The notes below the pieces were generated by a model, which searched no databases, was not told the DNA's origin, and saw only the letters and a program-made list of their open reading frames with translations. Shown here one piece after another: positions 8,619-16,660 of a stretch of 64,000 nt of DNA. The DNA lies in the IMG/VR virus record IMGVR_UViG_3300028596_000001; one strand, given 5' to 3'. This DNA comes from a virus (Duplodnaviria > Caudoviricetes). Numbering within the stretch: the first letter of the stretch is position 1; every line of letters starts with the position of its first letter. A program made the translations under genes and the position numbers.

Positions 8619-9031
8619 TACTCTTCCTTGGTCTCTGGGCCAACCTGAACAAGCTTATTACAATCCAGCTCACCCCAGACGCCAGCGTGATAAGCCGACC
8701 CATAACCCACGTTGTGGGTATAGCGGTACCAAATGATCCACTCCAAACGCGATACTTGTTTGGGACCATTGCCGACAGATGCCTCAATAAATTTAATCGG
8801 CTCGATGCTCGGATCCATGTAACGGAGAGGTTCTTCTTCGAGGAGCTTGATAACTTCCTCACCACGTTGATAAGCCTGCATGAGGTTCGTACGTGGGTTG
8901 TTACGAATATACCAGGCAAGCCAATGCACACTAACAGGGCGGCGATGGTTACCAGTGAAGATGCAAGGCTCGTCCAATGCTGGCTGGTAAGTGACGTTGG
9001 TGTTATTAACGTCCAGAGCTTTGTCGTTCAT
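8618..9031 (-). CDS. Hypothetical protein with two WxxWY motifs
   Basis: 137 aa; WLAWY...AYQRG and WIIWY...AYHAG. Confidence 0.75.
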   Translation of the reverse strand: MNDKALDVNNTNVTYQPALDEPCIFTGNHRRPVSVHWLAWYIRNNPRTNLMQAYQRGEEVIKLLEEEPLRYMDPSIEPIKFIEASVGNGPKQVSRLEWIIWYRYTHNVGYGSAYHAGVWGELDCNKLVQVGPETKEE

Positions 9032-9036
9032 GTTGA

Positions 9037-9621
9037 TTACTCTTTTCCTAAGAAGGTTTTACTTGCTGTAAAGTACACTTGTTTACGATCGAACACACAG
9101 AACTCGGCTTTACCTGCGGAACCATGACCACTACCGCCGTGGATGGCTCCGTCATAGCCGAGCTTACGCAATCTGTTCACTTCCATGAGGCTTTCGAAGA
9201 AACGATGGGCCTGGAAGTACAACTTGGATAAATCATCTCGCTCCGACAGGTATTCCGGAACACTCCGGAAATACATACTCAGCTTGCGCCAATTGTCGGT
9301 TTCTTCAATATACTTGGCGAAACGGAGAGCGATCCGCTTAGCTTCGCCTTTACCCAAACGTTCAGCCACGTCACTGAGTTCCAGGAACGGATCATCAGGC
9401 TGGTCGATAAAAGGTCGGTCCAGTACCAAATGAACCGGGTAGACACGTGAGGTGTAATAGTTGCCAGTGGTGCTGTCGACCTCGGAATAGATGTTGGCCG
9501 TGTCGATATCTCCGAAATACAAAGCACGGAGATTAGACTTAGGCGTATCGTAAGCGGGGTGGGTACATTCGCCCCGGAACAAACGCAAAGCCTGACCATC
9601 AGGTCCTTTATAAAACGGCAT
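9037..9621 (-). CDS. ADP-ribosyltransferase-like protein (ART-PolyVal type)
   Basis: LFRGE / LYFGDIDTANIYS / VYPVHLVLDRPF / LRKLGYDGAI / EFCVFDRKQV; ATG 9621 fits the AGGAG spacing. Confidence 0.65.
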   Translation of the reverse strand: MPFYKGPDGQALRLFRGECTHPAYDTPKSNLRALYFGDIDTANIYSEVDSTTGNYYTSRVYPVHLVLDRPFIDQPDDPFLELSDVAERLGKGEAKRIALRFAKYIEETDNWRKLSMYFRSVPEYLSERDDLSKLYFQAHRFFESLMEVNRLRKLGYDGAIHGGSGHGSAGKAEFCVFDRKQVYFTASKTFLGKE

Positions 9622-9634
9622 AACCAACTCCTTA

Positions 9635-10273
9635 TTAATAACCTTCTTGGTCGTCGATAGCGTGGTCGAAGAAATACGACATACCAGAGAAACCGAAGTG
9701 GTGGAACATCATGACCTTACCTTTGAAATGGGTAAGGCCTTTTTCACGCGCCCACTTGTAGTACGACTTCTTGATGAGGTCTTTCTCATCTTCGATAGTC
9801 CACTTATCGTGTTCACGCAGCCACTTGGCGTTGGTGGATACTTGGAAGCCCCAGACTTCTTTGTCGTTGTAGATAACCCCGTGGTTACCTTCAGCGATCA
9901 TGCGCTCAATGATCTCACCCCAGCGCACCTTTTCCGCGAAGTACTTCAGTACGTGCTTCACCGGGCACTTGGCCGACATGATGTTATCCAGCAACGAACG
10001 TTGCATGAAGCGTGGTACGTTGTGGTAGTTACGTTGGCACAGCTGGATGATCTTCTTCGGGTTATCGGTGAAGTAACGGTAGAAGTAATCGATCAACTGG
10101 TTTTCCTGTTCGATCGGATACAGCGAATCATCCAGAACGAAAGGTGGTGGGGTCTTACGGAAACTAGGCGGGGTTTTGGTATACTGCTTCCAAGCCAAGG
10201 CCAGTTCGCTCAGGGCTTCGTCAGACAGTTTAGCGTTAGCCAGCTCTTGTTTCAACTCAGTGGTAGCGTCCAA
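9635..10273 (-). CDS. Hypothetical protein
   Basis: 212-aa ORF with strong C-ending codon bias. Confidence 0.75.
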   Translation of the reverse strand: MDATTELKQELANAKLSDEALSELALAWKQYTKTPPSFRKTPPPFVLDDSLYPIEQENQLIDYFYRYFTDNPKKIIQLCQRNYHNVPRFMQRSLLDNIMSAKCPVKHVLKYFAEKVRWGEIIERMIAEGNHGVIYNDKEVWGFQVSTNAKWLREHDKWTIEDEKDLIKKSYYKWAREKGLTHFKGKVMMFHHFGFSGMSYFFDHAIDDQEGY

Positions 10274-10582
10274 TTACTTATTCCTTTCCTGTAAACGTTT
10301 ATTTTTGCTGCGGATATTACGATTAGTACGACGAAGTTGTTTAACCTCGTCTTCCAGCCACAACATACGTTGGGCTACGGCAGCTATCACATGTTCTGGG
10401 ATAGTGGTTTCTTCCAGGTGCTCGGTAGCCAATAGGTCTACCAGAATCTCTTCGGTAGACTTTTCTGGATAGATGAACTCCGCACGAGTAATGGGTTGGT
10501 TAAGTTTATATTTTGTAGCAAAATACGCCAAGTGGTCTTTAACCAGTACCCCATTGGAATCGAAGTTTAAACGATTACCCAT
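10274..10582 (-). CDS. Hypothetical protein with a C-terminal coiled coil
   Basis: 102-aa ORF in operon. Confidence 0.7.
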   Translation of the reverse strand: MGNRLNFDSNGVLVKDHLAYFATKYKLNQPITRAEFIYPEKSTEEILVDLLATEHLEETTIPEHVIAAVAQRMLWLEDEVKQLRRTNRNIRSKNKRLQERNK

Positions 10583-10591
10583 GGAACCCCC

Positions 10592-10981
10592 TTAGTGCTT
10601 GACGACTTCTTTCTTGTTCTGATACTCGTCGACGTAGGTTTTAACGCCAGTGATCAGAACATCGACGATGTCGTCATCGAGTTTATCTTCACCATGGAAC
10701 ATGACGGTCATGCGCATGTCCTTTTTGTCTTTCAGTGAGTGCGCAGTTAACAGGCCGATCTGCTGAGTACCTTTCTGCTCGGCGATTTGGATGGCGATCA
10801 TCTTCTGCTTCTTGTTGTTCTTGCCTTCGGCGCAGTTGAACAAGAAGTGGCGACCGCGGAGTACTTCTGGGATCGACTCAGCGTGATCAAAGATCAATGC
10901 CGGGATAGTCTGCTGTTCGTGGATGAACTGGAACAGTGCATCATAGGTTTTGGTGAACGGGGATTTCTTGACGATAGCCAT
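10592..10981 (-). CDS. Hypothetical protein
   Basis: 129-aa ORF, GGAG RBS, biased codons. Confidence 0.75.
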   Translation of the reverse strand: MAIVKKSPFTKTYDALFQFIHEQQTIPALIFDHAESIPEVLRGRHFLFNCAEGKNNKKQKMIAIQIAEQKGTQQIGLLTAHSLKDKKDMRMTVMFHGEDKLDDDIVDVLITGVKTYVDEYQNKKEVVKH

Positions 10982-10990
10982 TGTGGCTCC

Positions 10991-11425
10991 TTAGTGAATA
11001 GTAGTATTGCCTGGCAGAACGGTAGCTGCCATTTCTTCTTTGGTGATAAACTGCATGCTGTCGTCCTCTACTTTGAAGACATACCCGTGCAGCATGGATA
11101 CCAACTCTTGGGTTTCCCGTGGGCTGAGGTCGTCCAGCATGCTCAGAGGGGTAATACAGAAACCACCATCTTGATCTTCAAAGATCACACGCAACGGTTC
11201 GTAGTCCTTCTCTGGGTCACCTGTGTTACCGATCAGCTTGAGGATAACCAACCCCAAACCACCCATGGGATTACGGGCGATGGTAAACATGAACGACGCA
11301 CCATCCAGACGATGAACTTCGTTCTTGAAGATAGCCGTGATAACCAACCCCGGCATGTCTTCCTTTTCCAGGTATTCATCGAACGCGGTTACCAGCTTAT
11401 CAATAGCACCTTTTTCTTCTTTCAC
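10991..11425 (-). CDS. Hypothetical protein, first gene after an early promoter
   Basis: 144 aa, GTG start with AGGAG RBS. Confidence 0.75.
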   Translation of the reverse strand: MKEEKGAIDKLVTAFDEYLEKEDMPGLVITAIFKNEVHRLDGASFMFTIARNPMGGLGLVILKLIGNTGDPEKDYEPLRVIFEDQDGGFCITPLSMLDDLSPRETQELVSMLHGYVFKVEDDSMQFITKEEMAATVLPGNTTIH

Positions 11426-11465
11426 GATTACAATACTCCTTAAACAAAGTTATTGCTACACCCAG

Positions 11466-11473
11466 GTAATATA
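11466..11473 (-). promoter_or_regulatory. phiKZ-type early promoter (TATATTAC)
   Basis: Minus strand CTATATTACctGGGTGTA in an intergenic gap. Confidence 0.75.
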
Positions 11474-11501
11474 GATGCGTAATCCGGTTAAAACTAATAT
11501 A

Positions 11502-11529
11502 CCTCTATCCCTCCTAGGAGGGATAGAGG
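11502..11529. terminator. 28-bp perfect palindrome, probable terminator
   Basis: cctctatccctcct|aggagggatagagg immediately after the 11537 stop. Confidence 0.7.
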
Positions 11530-11536
11530 CTATGGG

Positions 11537-12148
11537 TCAGATGCGGATCTCTGCCAACTTCCGAACGAAGATGATTTCGAGGTTGTTGACCTCTGCCGGG
11601 TACCAGGCCCAGTCCTTCTCTTCGCGGTTGAGTTCTTTTGCTACACGCTCAGCGCCGGCTTGCCAGGCGGTGGTGGTGTCGACGGAGTAAATAGAGCGAT
11701 ACCACTCGAGCCAGTCTTTTTCCAGAGTCGGTATGGAATCACGCTTGAAGCTGCAGAGCTTCGGTTCTTTCGGGCCTTTCGCAGCATAGTTCGAAAATTC
11801 GTGGAGGAACTGCTGCATGGCGGCCAATGGGTTGAACCCCTGGATACCTTCGGGCACTTCCACTACGATCATGTTCGACTGGATGCGCCTGGCGCCCATA
11901 CGCTGTTCAATAGCGTCGCTGATTTCTTTATATACGTCTTTGGTTCTGAAGCCCCACAGGGTATTATCGGACGTCACCACACCGATTTCAACGGTTTCGC
12001 CGCCGTACCCCCAGTTGGCTAAAAGCCAGCTGGTGAACTGGCGGTCGTTCATACGACCCAGGGTGTCGACAGCCAGTTTCTTGACATGCAGCAACTCTTC
12101 TTCGGTGAGGTTGTCACGGACGTACATATTGTTAACACGAACAGACAT
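11537..12148 (-). CDS. Hypothetical protein with a WxxWY motif
   Basis: 203 aa; WLEWYRSIYSVDTTTAWQAG. Confidence 0.8.
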   Translation of the reverse strand: MSVRVNNMYVRDNLTEEELLHVKKLAVDTLGRMNDRQFTSWLLANWGYGGETVEIGVVTSDNTLWGFRTKDVYKEISDAIEQRMGARRIQSNMIVVEVPEGIQGFNPLAAMQQFLHEFSNYAAKGPKEPKLCSFKRDSIPTLEKDWLEWYRSIYSVDTTTAWQAGAERVAKELNREEKDWAWYPAEVNNLEIIFVRKLAEIRI

Positions 12149-12164
12149 GCGTAGCTCCTGCTAT

Positions 12165-13070
12165 TTAGAAAACAGTGATGGGGTTGTTGGTATAGACCGT
12201 GAAGTTACGAGTACCGTGTTCCATCTTGGCTTTATAAGTGTCGTACTGTGCCCCGTGTTCTTTTTCAAGTTCACGGCAGACCTTGTACGCACCGATCTTG
12301 ATTTCTTCGTCAACCATCTGTGCGACGAAAGCAATGTCACGATGGTTTGTTTTCGAAACGAATACATGCCACGCCAGCCAGTCTACTGGAATATAGCGAA
12401 CACCTTTGATAGCGTCAGCCCAATTCCACTTGCTAGGCTCGGACTTCGTGTATTCACTTGCCTTCCAGTGATCACCCAGGGCTTTGAGTAGGTACCGTAG
12501 GACCCCACCAACGATCTCATCGGAAACCCGATTGGAATACACCTCAAAGGTGCTCTTGGTGATAATCGCCAGGACTTCCATGTTGGACTTCTTGTGGATA
12601 ACAATAGATCCGGTATGGAAGGTTTGCACCTGGAACCAGCCGAGGTCCCATTCCTTCTGTTCTACTATGAACAAGCCCAGCAGGCCCAATGCATCATACA
12701 ACGTCTGGAATTCGTTGCAGTATGGATGCCGGTCGTACTTGACTGGGAGTCCTTTGTCACCGTACTCACCTTGGTCTTTGTCAAGATGCCGGCGCAACAA
12801 GTCAGCGAAGGCAGCATTGATGCGCTTAGGTGGGAAAGCTTCCTGCAAAGCACTACCACCGCTGTAAACAAACTTACCGGTGCCCTCAGAGTAGTAACCC
12901 ACCGCGATACCGTCCAACATAACGTGTATATTGTTGCTTACCGCAGCGGATGGTGCTCTGTGAAGAATGATCGAACCAGTCTTGTTCTTGAACAGCTCGC
13001 TTGGATTCAATCTGAACCCATAAGCGTACAGCATGTTCATTCGTTCTTTAAGGGGGATATCTTCAGCCAT
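12165..13070 (-). CDS. Hypothetical protein (internal duplication, WxxWH motif)
   Basis: 301 aa; TGSIILHR / TGSIVIHK; WLAWH. Confidence 0.75.
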   Translation of the reverse strand: MAEDIPLKERMNMLYAYGFRLNPSELFKNKTGSIILHRAPSAAVSNNIHVMLDGIAVGYYSEGTGKFVYSGGSALQEAFPPKRINAAFADLLRRHLDKDQGEYGDKGLPVKYDRHPYCNEFQTLYDALGLLGLFIVEQKEWDLGWFQVQTFHTGSIVIHKKSNMEVLAIITKSTFEVYSNRVSDEIVGGVLRYLLKALGDHWKASEYTKSEPSKWNWADAIKGVRYIPVDWLAWHVFVSKTNHRDIAFVAQMVDEEIKIGAYKVCRELEKEHGAQYDTYKAKMEHGTRNFTVYTNNPITVF

Positions 13071-13399
13071 TAATGTCGCTCCCTGCTATTGAATTCCGAC
13101 TTGGTAACTTCCTTGAGGATGAGTTGCACCCCGCCCTTTGGATGCTGGGTTTGGGAAGTCACCGTAAAGCCACGCTTGGAAACCAGGATGGCACGTTCAG
13201 CCAAAGGCTGGATACATACCGACCCAACTTTGAGCTGGCGTTTAAGCTTGCGCATCTCTGGGAGCACAGGCAAGCCAAAAACTTGAAAGCAGTAGTCGTC
13301 TATCAGCTCTTCGAAGAGACTTTTAGCCTTTTCGGCATCCAGTCCTTCGAAGAGCTTTTCGAAACGACCCTTCAATACTTCTTCAGTATTGTCGGTCAT
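13070..13399 (-). CDS. Hypothetical protein
   Basis: 109 aa, translationally coupled. Confidence 0.7.
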   Translation of the reverse strand: MTDNTEEVLKGRFEKLFEGLDAEKAKSLFEELIDDYCFQVFGLPVLPEMRKLKRQLKVGSVCIQPLAERAILVSKRGFTVTSQTQHPKGGVQLILKEVTKSEFNSRERH

Positions 13400-13701
13400 T
13401 ACTTCTCCTTAATCATTTCCACCAACGGTATGGGCGAGTAGAAGTCCTTAGCCGGAATGTATTCTTTTACGAATACTGTACATTCCTTCATCAGGTCCTC
13501 GTCGCTTTTCTCGAGCAACTCGATAGTCTGGTTTGCATTGGCCAGAAAATCTTTCATCTTCTTGGCCAGGTGTTCCATGGCCACTTCCATGGTCAGATTA
13601 TGCTGAGCCATATATTCAGCCAACCACACCTTATTAACGTCAGGGGAATCGACGTTAGTGAACAGCCATGGACGGCGAAAAGACATAGAGCTATTAGGCA
13701 T
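13399..13701 (-). CDS. Hypothetical protein
   Basis: 100 aa; WLAEY...VAM is a degenerate WxxWY-like motif. Confidence 0.7.
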   Translation of the reverse strand: MPNSSMSFRRPWLFTNVDSPDVNKVWLAEYMAQHNLTMEVAMEHLAKKMKDFLANANQTIELLEKSDEDLMKECTVFVKEYIPAKDFYSPIPLVEMIKEK

Positions 13702-13778
13702 CTGGTATTCCCTTCTTGGTTTATTTAGAGGTTAACAACAGTTACTCCCTGCAAAACTTCGTCCATAGTTCTGGTTTC

Positions 13779-14138
13779 TTATTTAGCCTCCCCCTCAGTG
13801 TATTTGGTTAGCATTCCTTCCAGAGCAGTTACAACCTCGCTTAGGTCACCGTGACCCAGCAAAGTCATTTCCTTGTCAGCAACGCGACGACGGAAGTTCA
13901 TCATACGTTGTAGGCAGGGTTTGATTTCAGAGCCGGTCCAGCCAGAGGTCTTCTTGTCCAGCATGATGACGAAATCCGGAATGCGGATCAGGTCACCACT
14001 GAACTGGACATGTAAAACATAATCGCTAGTGTGAAAATAGTGATCGTACTTCTCCCCCTCGGGAGTAGGTGCTTTGTCGAGCAGTTGGTTCACCAGTAGT
14101 TTGGATTTGTCAACCAGCTCACCGTAGACGATAGGCAT
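13779..14138 (-). CDS. Hypothetical protein
   Basis: 119 aa, coupled to the upstream gene. Confidence 0.7.
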   Translation of the reverse strand: MPIVYGELVDKSKLLVNQLLDKAPTPEGEKYDHYFHTSDYVLHVQFSGDLIRIPDFVIMLDKKTSGWTGSEIKPCLQRMMNFRRRVADKEMTLLGHGDLSEVVTALEGMLTKYTEGEAK

Positions 14139-14446
14139 TACTTCTTTCCTTCTAAGTCATTGATGGCCTTAATTACCATGGCATAGATTTCGTTAATATC
14201 GCCGTAGGTAACTGGGTCATCGTCAATTTGATAATTATCAGTAACATGGATCTTGATGGCTAGCTCTGGCTCATTGGTTGCCAGGACTACGTAGCCGATC
14301 CGCGGATTGTACTCGACGCTAAGAATAACGTCACCCGATTTAGCAAAGCCCAACCAACCGACCATATTGGGTTCTTCCGGTCGGACGTACTCGATGAGCT
14401 TCTTCAGTGGTTCAACCAGTTCTACTACAATTTGTTCGAGGTTCAT
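14138..14446 (-). CDS. Hypothetical protein
   Basis: 102 aa, GGAG RBS. Confidence 0.7.
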   Translation of the reverse strand: MNLEQIVVELVEPLKKLIEYVRPEEPNMVGWLGFAKSGDVILSVEYNPRIGYVVLATNEPELAIKIHVTDNYQIDDDPVTYGDINEIYAMVIKAINDLEGKK

Positions 14447-14457
14447 CTATGCTCCCC

Positions 14458-14664
14458 TTACGTAATTGCGTTACAGGTCACTACTAGTTTGGTCGGACCC
14501 TTCTCTGCCTTAATACTCGAATTCGACCAGCTCTTTATATAACTGGTCATCCCGTAACTTTTTACAACCTGCTCCATAGCCGGCTTACATTCGTTAGCGG
14601 GCATAGTGGTAGTAACCGGGGCACTACCTACCATGGAGAACACAGCAATAACGAGCGCTTTCAT
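14458..14664 (-). CDS. Small putative exported two-Cys protein
   Basis: MKALVIAVFSMVG signal-like start; Cys at NECK and VTCN. Confidence 0.6.
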   Translation of the reverse strand: MKALVIAVFSMVGSAPVTTTMPANECKPAMEQVVKSYGMTSYIKSWSNSSIKAEKGPTKLVVTCNAIT

Positions 14665-14678
14665 AAATCACCTATAAT

Positions 14679-14727
14679 GCAAAAAGAAAAGGTGAGCACC
14701 AGGTACCCCCGAAGGAGTACCTGGCAC
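14679..14727 (-). terminator. Intrinsic terminator
   Basis: Stem gtgccaggtac/gtacctggtgc followed by TTTTCTTTTTGC on the minus strand. Confidence 0.7.
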
Positions 14728-14734
14728 TGAACCG

Positions 14735-16036
14735 TTAGCCCATCAGGTAGCTGGCCAGACCTTGGATCATGCCGCCTTCAGAAGCTTCAGCTGCTGGGGT
14801 TTGACTGGCGATGACCTTTGGAGTCGGAGCTGCTTCGATGGCATTGTCTTCTACGTGGCTGTAGGAGCCCTCGTAGAAGTTGTCACCTGGGATTACCGCA
14901 CGACCCAGACGGGTACCACCGACACCTGCCAGCAGGCCAGCACCAGCTGCCAGCCCGCTACGCAGGATGTTGTCTTCGACGTGCTCGTCGACCAGAGTAC
15001 CCAGACCGAAGGCCGCTGCAGTACCGATGGCACCGCCTGCCAGAGAACCGATGCTCATGCCGCGCTGAGCGATGTCGATACCACCGGCAACCACTGCCAC
15101 GCCAGCTGCGATCCAGCCACCACGGATGCCGCCCTTGTTTTCACGCATGAAGCTGTACGGCGACTCGTCTTCCTTCTTCGGATTTTCCTGAGCGAAGTCA
15201 ACCAGGCTGACCACGTTCTTCAGGTTGTCTTCGGAAGTCAGCAGGTACATTGCCAGCTTGTTGTCGAACTTCTTGATCTCGTCGCCGACGAACTTGTTGA
15301 ACTTCTTGAACGACTTGGCGTGAGCCTTGTCGGACTCCAGCCAGGCGTTGAAGGTTTCTTCACGCTCTTCGGCGCTGGTCAGACCAGGAACTTCTTTCAG
15401 GCAACCGATCAGCGATTTGATGATCGGCTTCAGGTAGTCGTAGACACCCATGACCTTGCCGCTGGCCAGGTCGCCTTCCAGGAAGGACAGAACGATGTGA
15501 CGGTTGCCTTTCTTGACCTTGCCCTTCTCGATGGCAGTGGCCAGAGCTTCGGCGAAGGCTTTGGCCTCGACGTTGGCGCGACCGTTATCGTTGTCCTTGG
15601 CCTTCTTGTCCTTTTTGGTAGGAGCAGGAGCGGCGTTGGCGTGGATGTTTTCGGCGACGTTGTTTTCTGGAGCGGTAGCGGTTTGCATGGCGGATGCCTC
15701 GGTGGTGGTTGCATTAGGGTTGGTGTTGGTGATCATCTTGTTGTCAGCGGGCAATTCTGAGATACCCTTAACGCTGTCGACAATCACCGGCAGTACTTTT
15801 TCTGGCAGATTAGCTTTCAGGCCGTTCAGCAATGCTGGGTTGGCCTTCTTGATAATCGTGATCGAATACTTGGTATCGAAGCGAGTGTTGATTGCTTCGA
15901 GTACCGCTTGACGATCTTCGCGAGTTACGAAATGATCGTCCAGCAGGTAATGCTTGACTACTGCTGTTACTGCTGCATTCTCCTGAGCATCCAGAGCAAG
16001 TTGAATGGCAGCAGCAATAGTTTCAATCTGATACAT
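14735..16036 (-). CDS. Highly expressed early protein with a C-terminal glycine-zipper membrane segment
   Basis: 433 aa; own promoter and terminator; strong codon bias; GSLAGGAIGTAAAFGLG...SGLAAGAGLLAGVGG. Confidence 0.8.
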   Translation of the reverse strand: MYQIETIAAAIQLALDAQENAAVTAVVKHYLLDDHFVTREDRQAVLEAINTRFDTKYSITIIKKANPALLNGLKANLPEKVLPVIVDSVKGISELPADNKMITNTNPNATTTEASAMQTATAPENNVAENIHANAAPAPTKKDKKAKDNDNGRANVEAKAFAEALATAIEKGKVKKGNRHIVLSFLEGDLASGKVMGVYDYLKPIIKSLIGCLKEVPGLTSAEEREETFNAWLESDKAHAKSFKKFNKFVGDEIKKFDNKLAMYLLTSEDNLKNVVSLVDFAQENPKKEDESPYSFMRENKGGIRGGWIAAGVAVVAGGIDIAQRGMSIGSLAGGAIGTAAAFGLGTLVDEHVEDNILRSGLAAGAGLLAGVGGTRLGRAVIPGDNFYEGSYSHVEDNAIEAAPTPKVIASQTPAAEASEGGMIQGLASYLMG

Positions 16037-16094
16037 GATTCACTCCTAGGAATTAATTGAGTTCGATTAAAAACTCTATGTTTCATACACCCAA

Positions 16095-16102
16095 GTAATA
16101 CA
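16095..16102 (-). promoter_or_regulatory. phiKZ-type early promoter variant (TGTATTAC)
   Basis: Minus strand CTGTATTACttGGGTGTA, ~60 nt upstream of the 16036 start. Confidence 0.7.
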
Positions 16103-16145
16103 GGTCTGAACAATCCTAGAAGTTAAATTTATTGCTTATAAGTAA

Positions 16146-16586
16146 TTACTTATCTTTAATGAATCCAAAGCTCATATTGGTAAAGATAAGTTCACGACCC
16201 ATCCATTCAGCGAATACCTGCTCCAGCTCCAGATGGTTGTATGCATCCAGCTTGTAGCCCAGGGACATATGGAACAAGGGAGTACCGTACGAATGTTCGT
16301 AGCCTGCTTCTTTAAGACTACGGAACTCTTCGAGCATCTGCGGGGACGTCAGGTGGAATACGTATGCGTCGCCCAGCTTACCCATGCTGATGATCTTGGC
16401 AGCGAAGGTCTTGGTCTTGTCGAGTTCTACCAAAGGTTCCTTGTGTTCGCGCTCGTCGTACATCATGGTGACGTGCAGATCGTATTTATCGCTAGGGGCT
16501 TGACCAGCCTCCATGAGCGCGCCGAATACGTCTTCTACCATGTTGTCTTGCAGGCTTACTTGAATGTAGCTGTAATCCGGTTCCAT
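16146..16586 (-). CDS. 2H phosphoesterase, Acb1 (T4 gp57B)-like anti-CBASS nuclease candidate
   Basis: Two HxT/S motifs (LHVTMMY, FHMSLGY); LTSPQM...LKEAGYEHSYGTPLFHMSLGY parallels the Acb1 C-terminal half; 146 aa. Confidence 0.75.
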   Translation of the reverse strand: MEPDYSYIQVSLQDNMVEDVFGALMEAGQAPSDKYDLHVTMMYDEREHKEPLVELDKTKTFAAKIISMGKLGDAYVFHLTSPQMLEEFRSLKEAGYEHSYGTPLFHMSLGYKLDAYNHLELEQVFAEWMGRELIFTNMSFGFIKDK

Positions 16587-16599
16587 GATTTATCCTTGA

Positions 16600-16647
16600 G
16601 GCAAAAAAATAAGATAAGGACGGCTACTACCCCTAGGGGTAGTAGCC
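16600..16647 (-). terminator. Terminator with a 26-bp perfect palindrome
   Basis: ggctactacccct|aggggtagtagcc (16622-16647) followed by TTATTTTTTTGC on the minus strand. Confidence 0.75.
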
Positions 16648-16660
16648 TATACGATCGACC

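Noticed and set aside
13725-13766. 13-codon mini-ORF MDEVLQGVTVVNL between two genes
   Set aside because: No clear RBS; too short to support
14762-15911. Plus-strand ORFs opposite the 433-aa gene
   Set aside because: Shadows caused by strong codon bias
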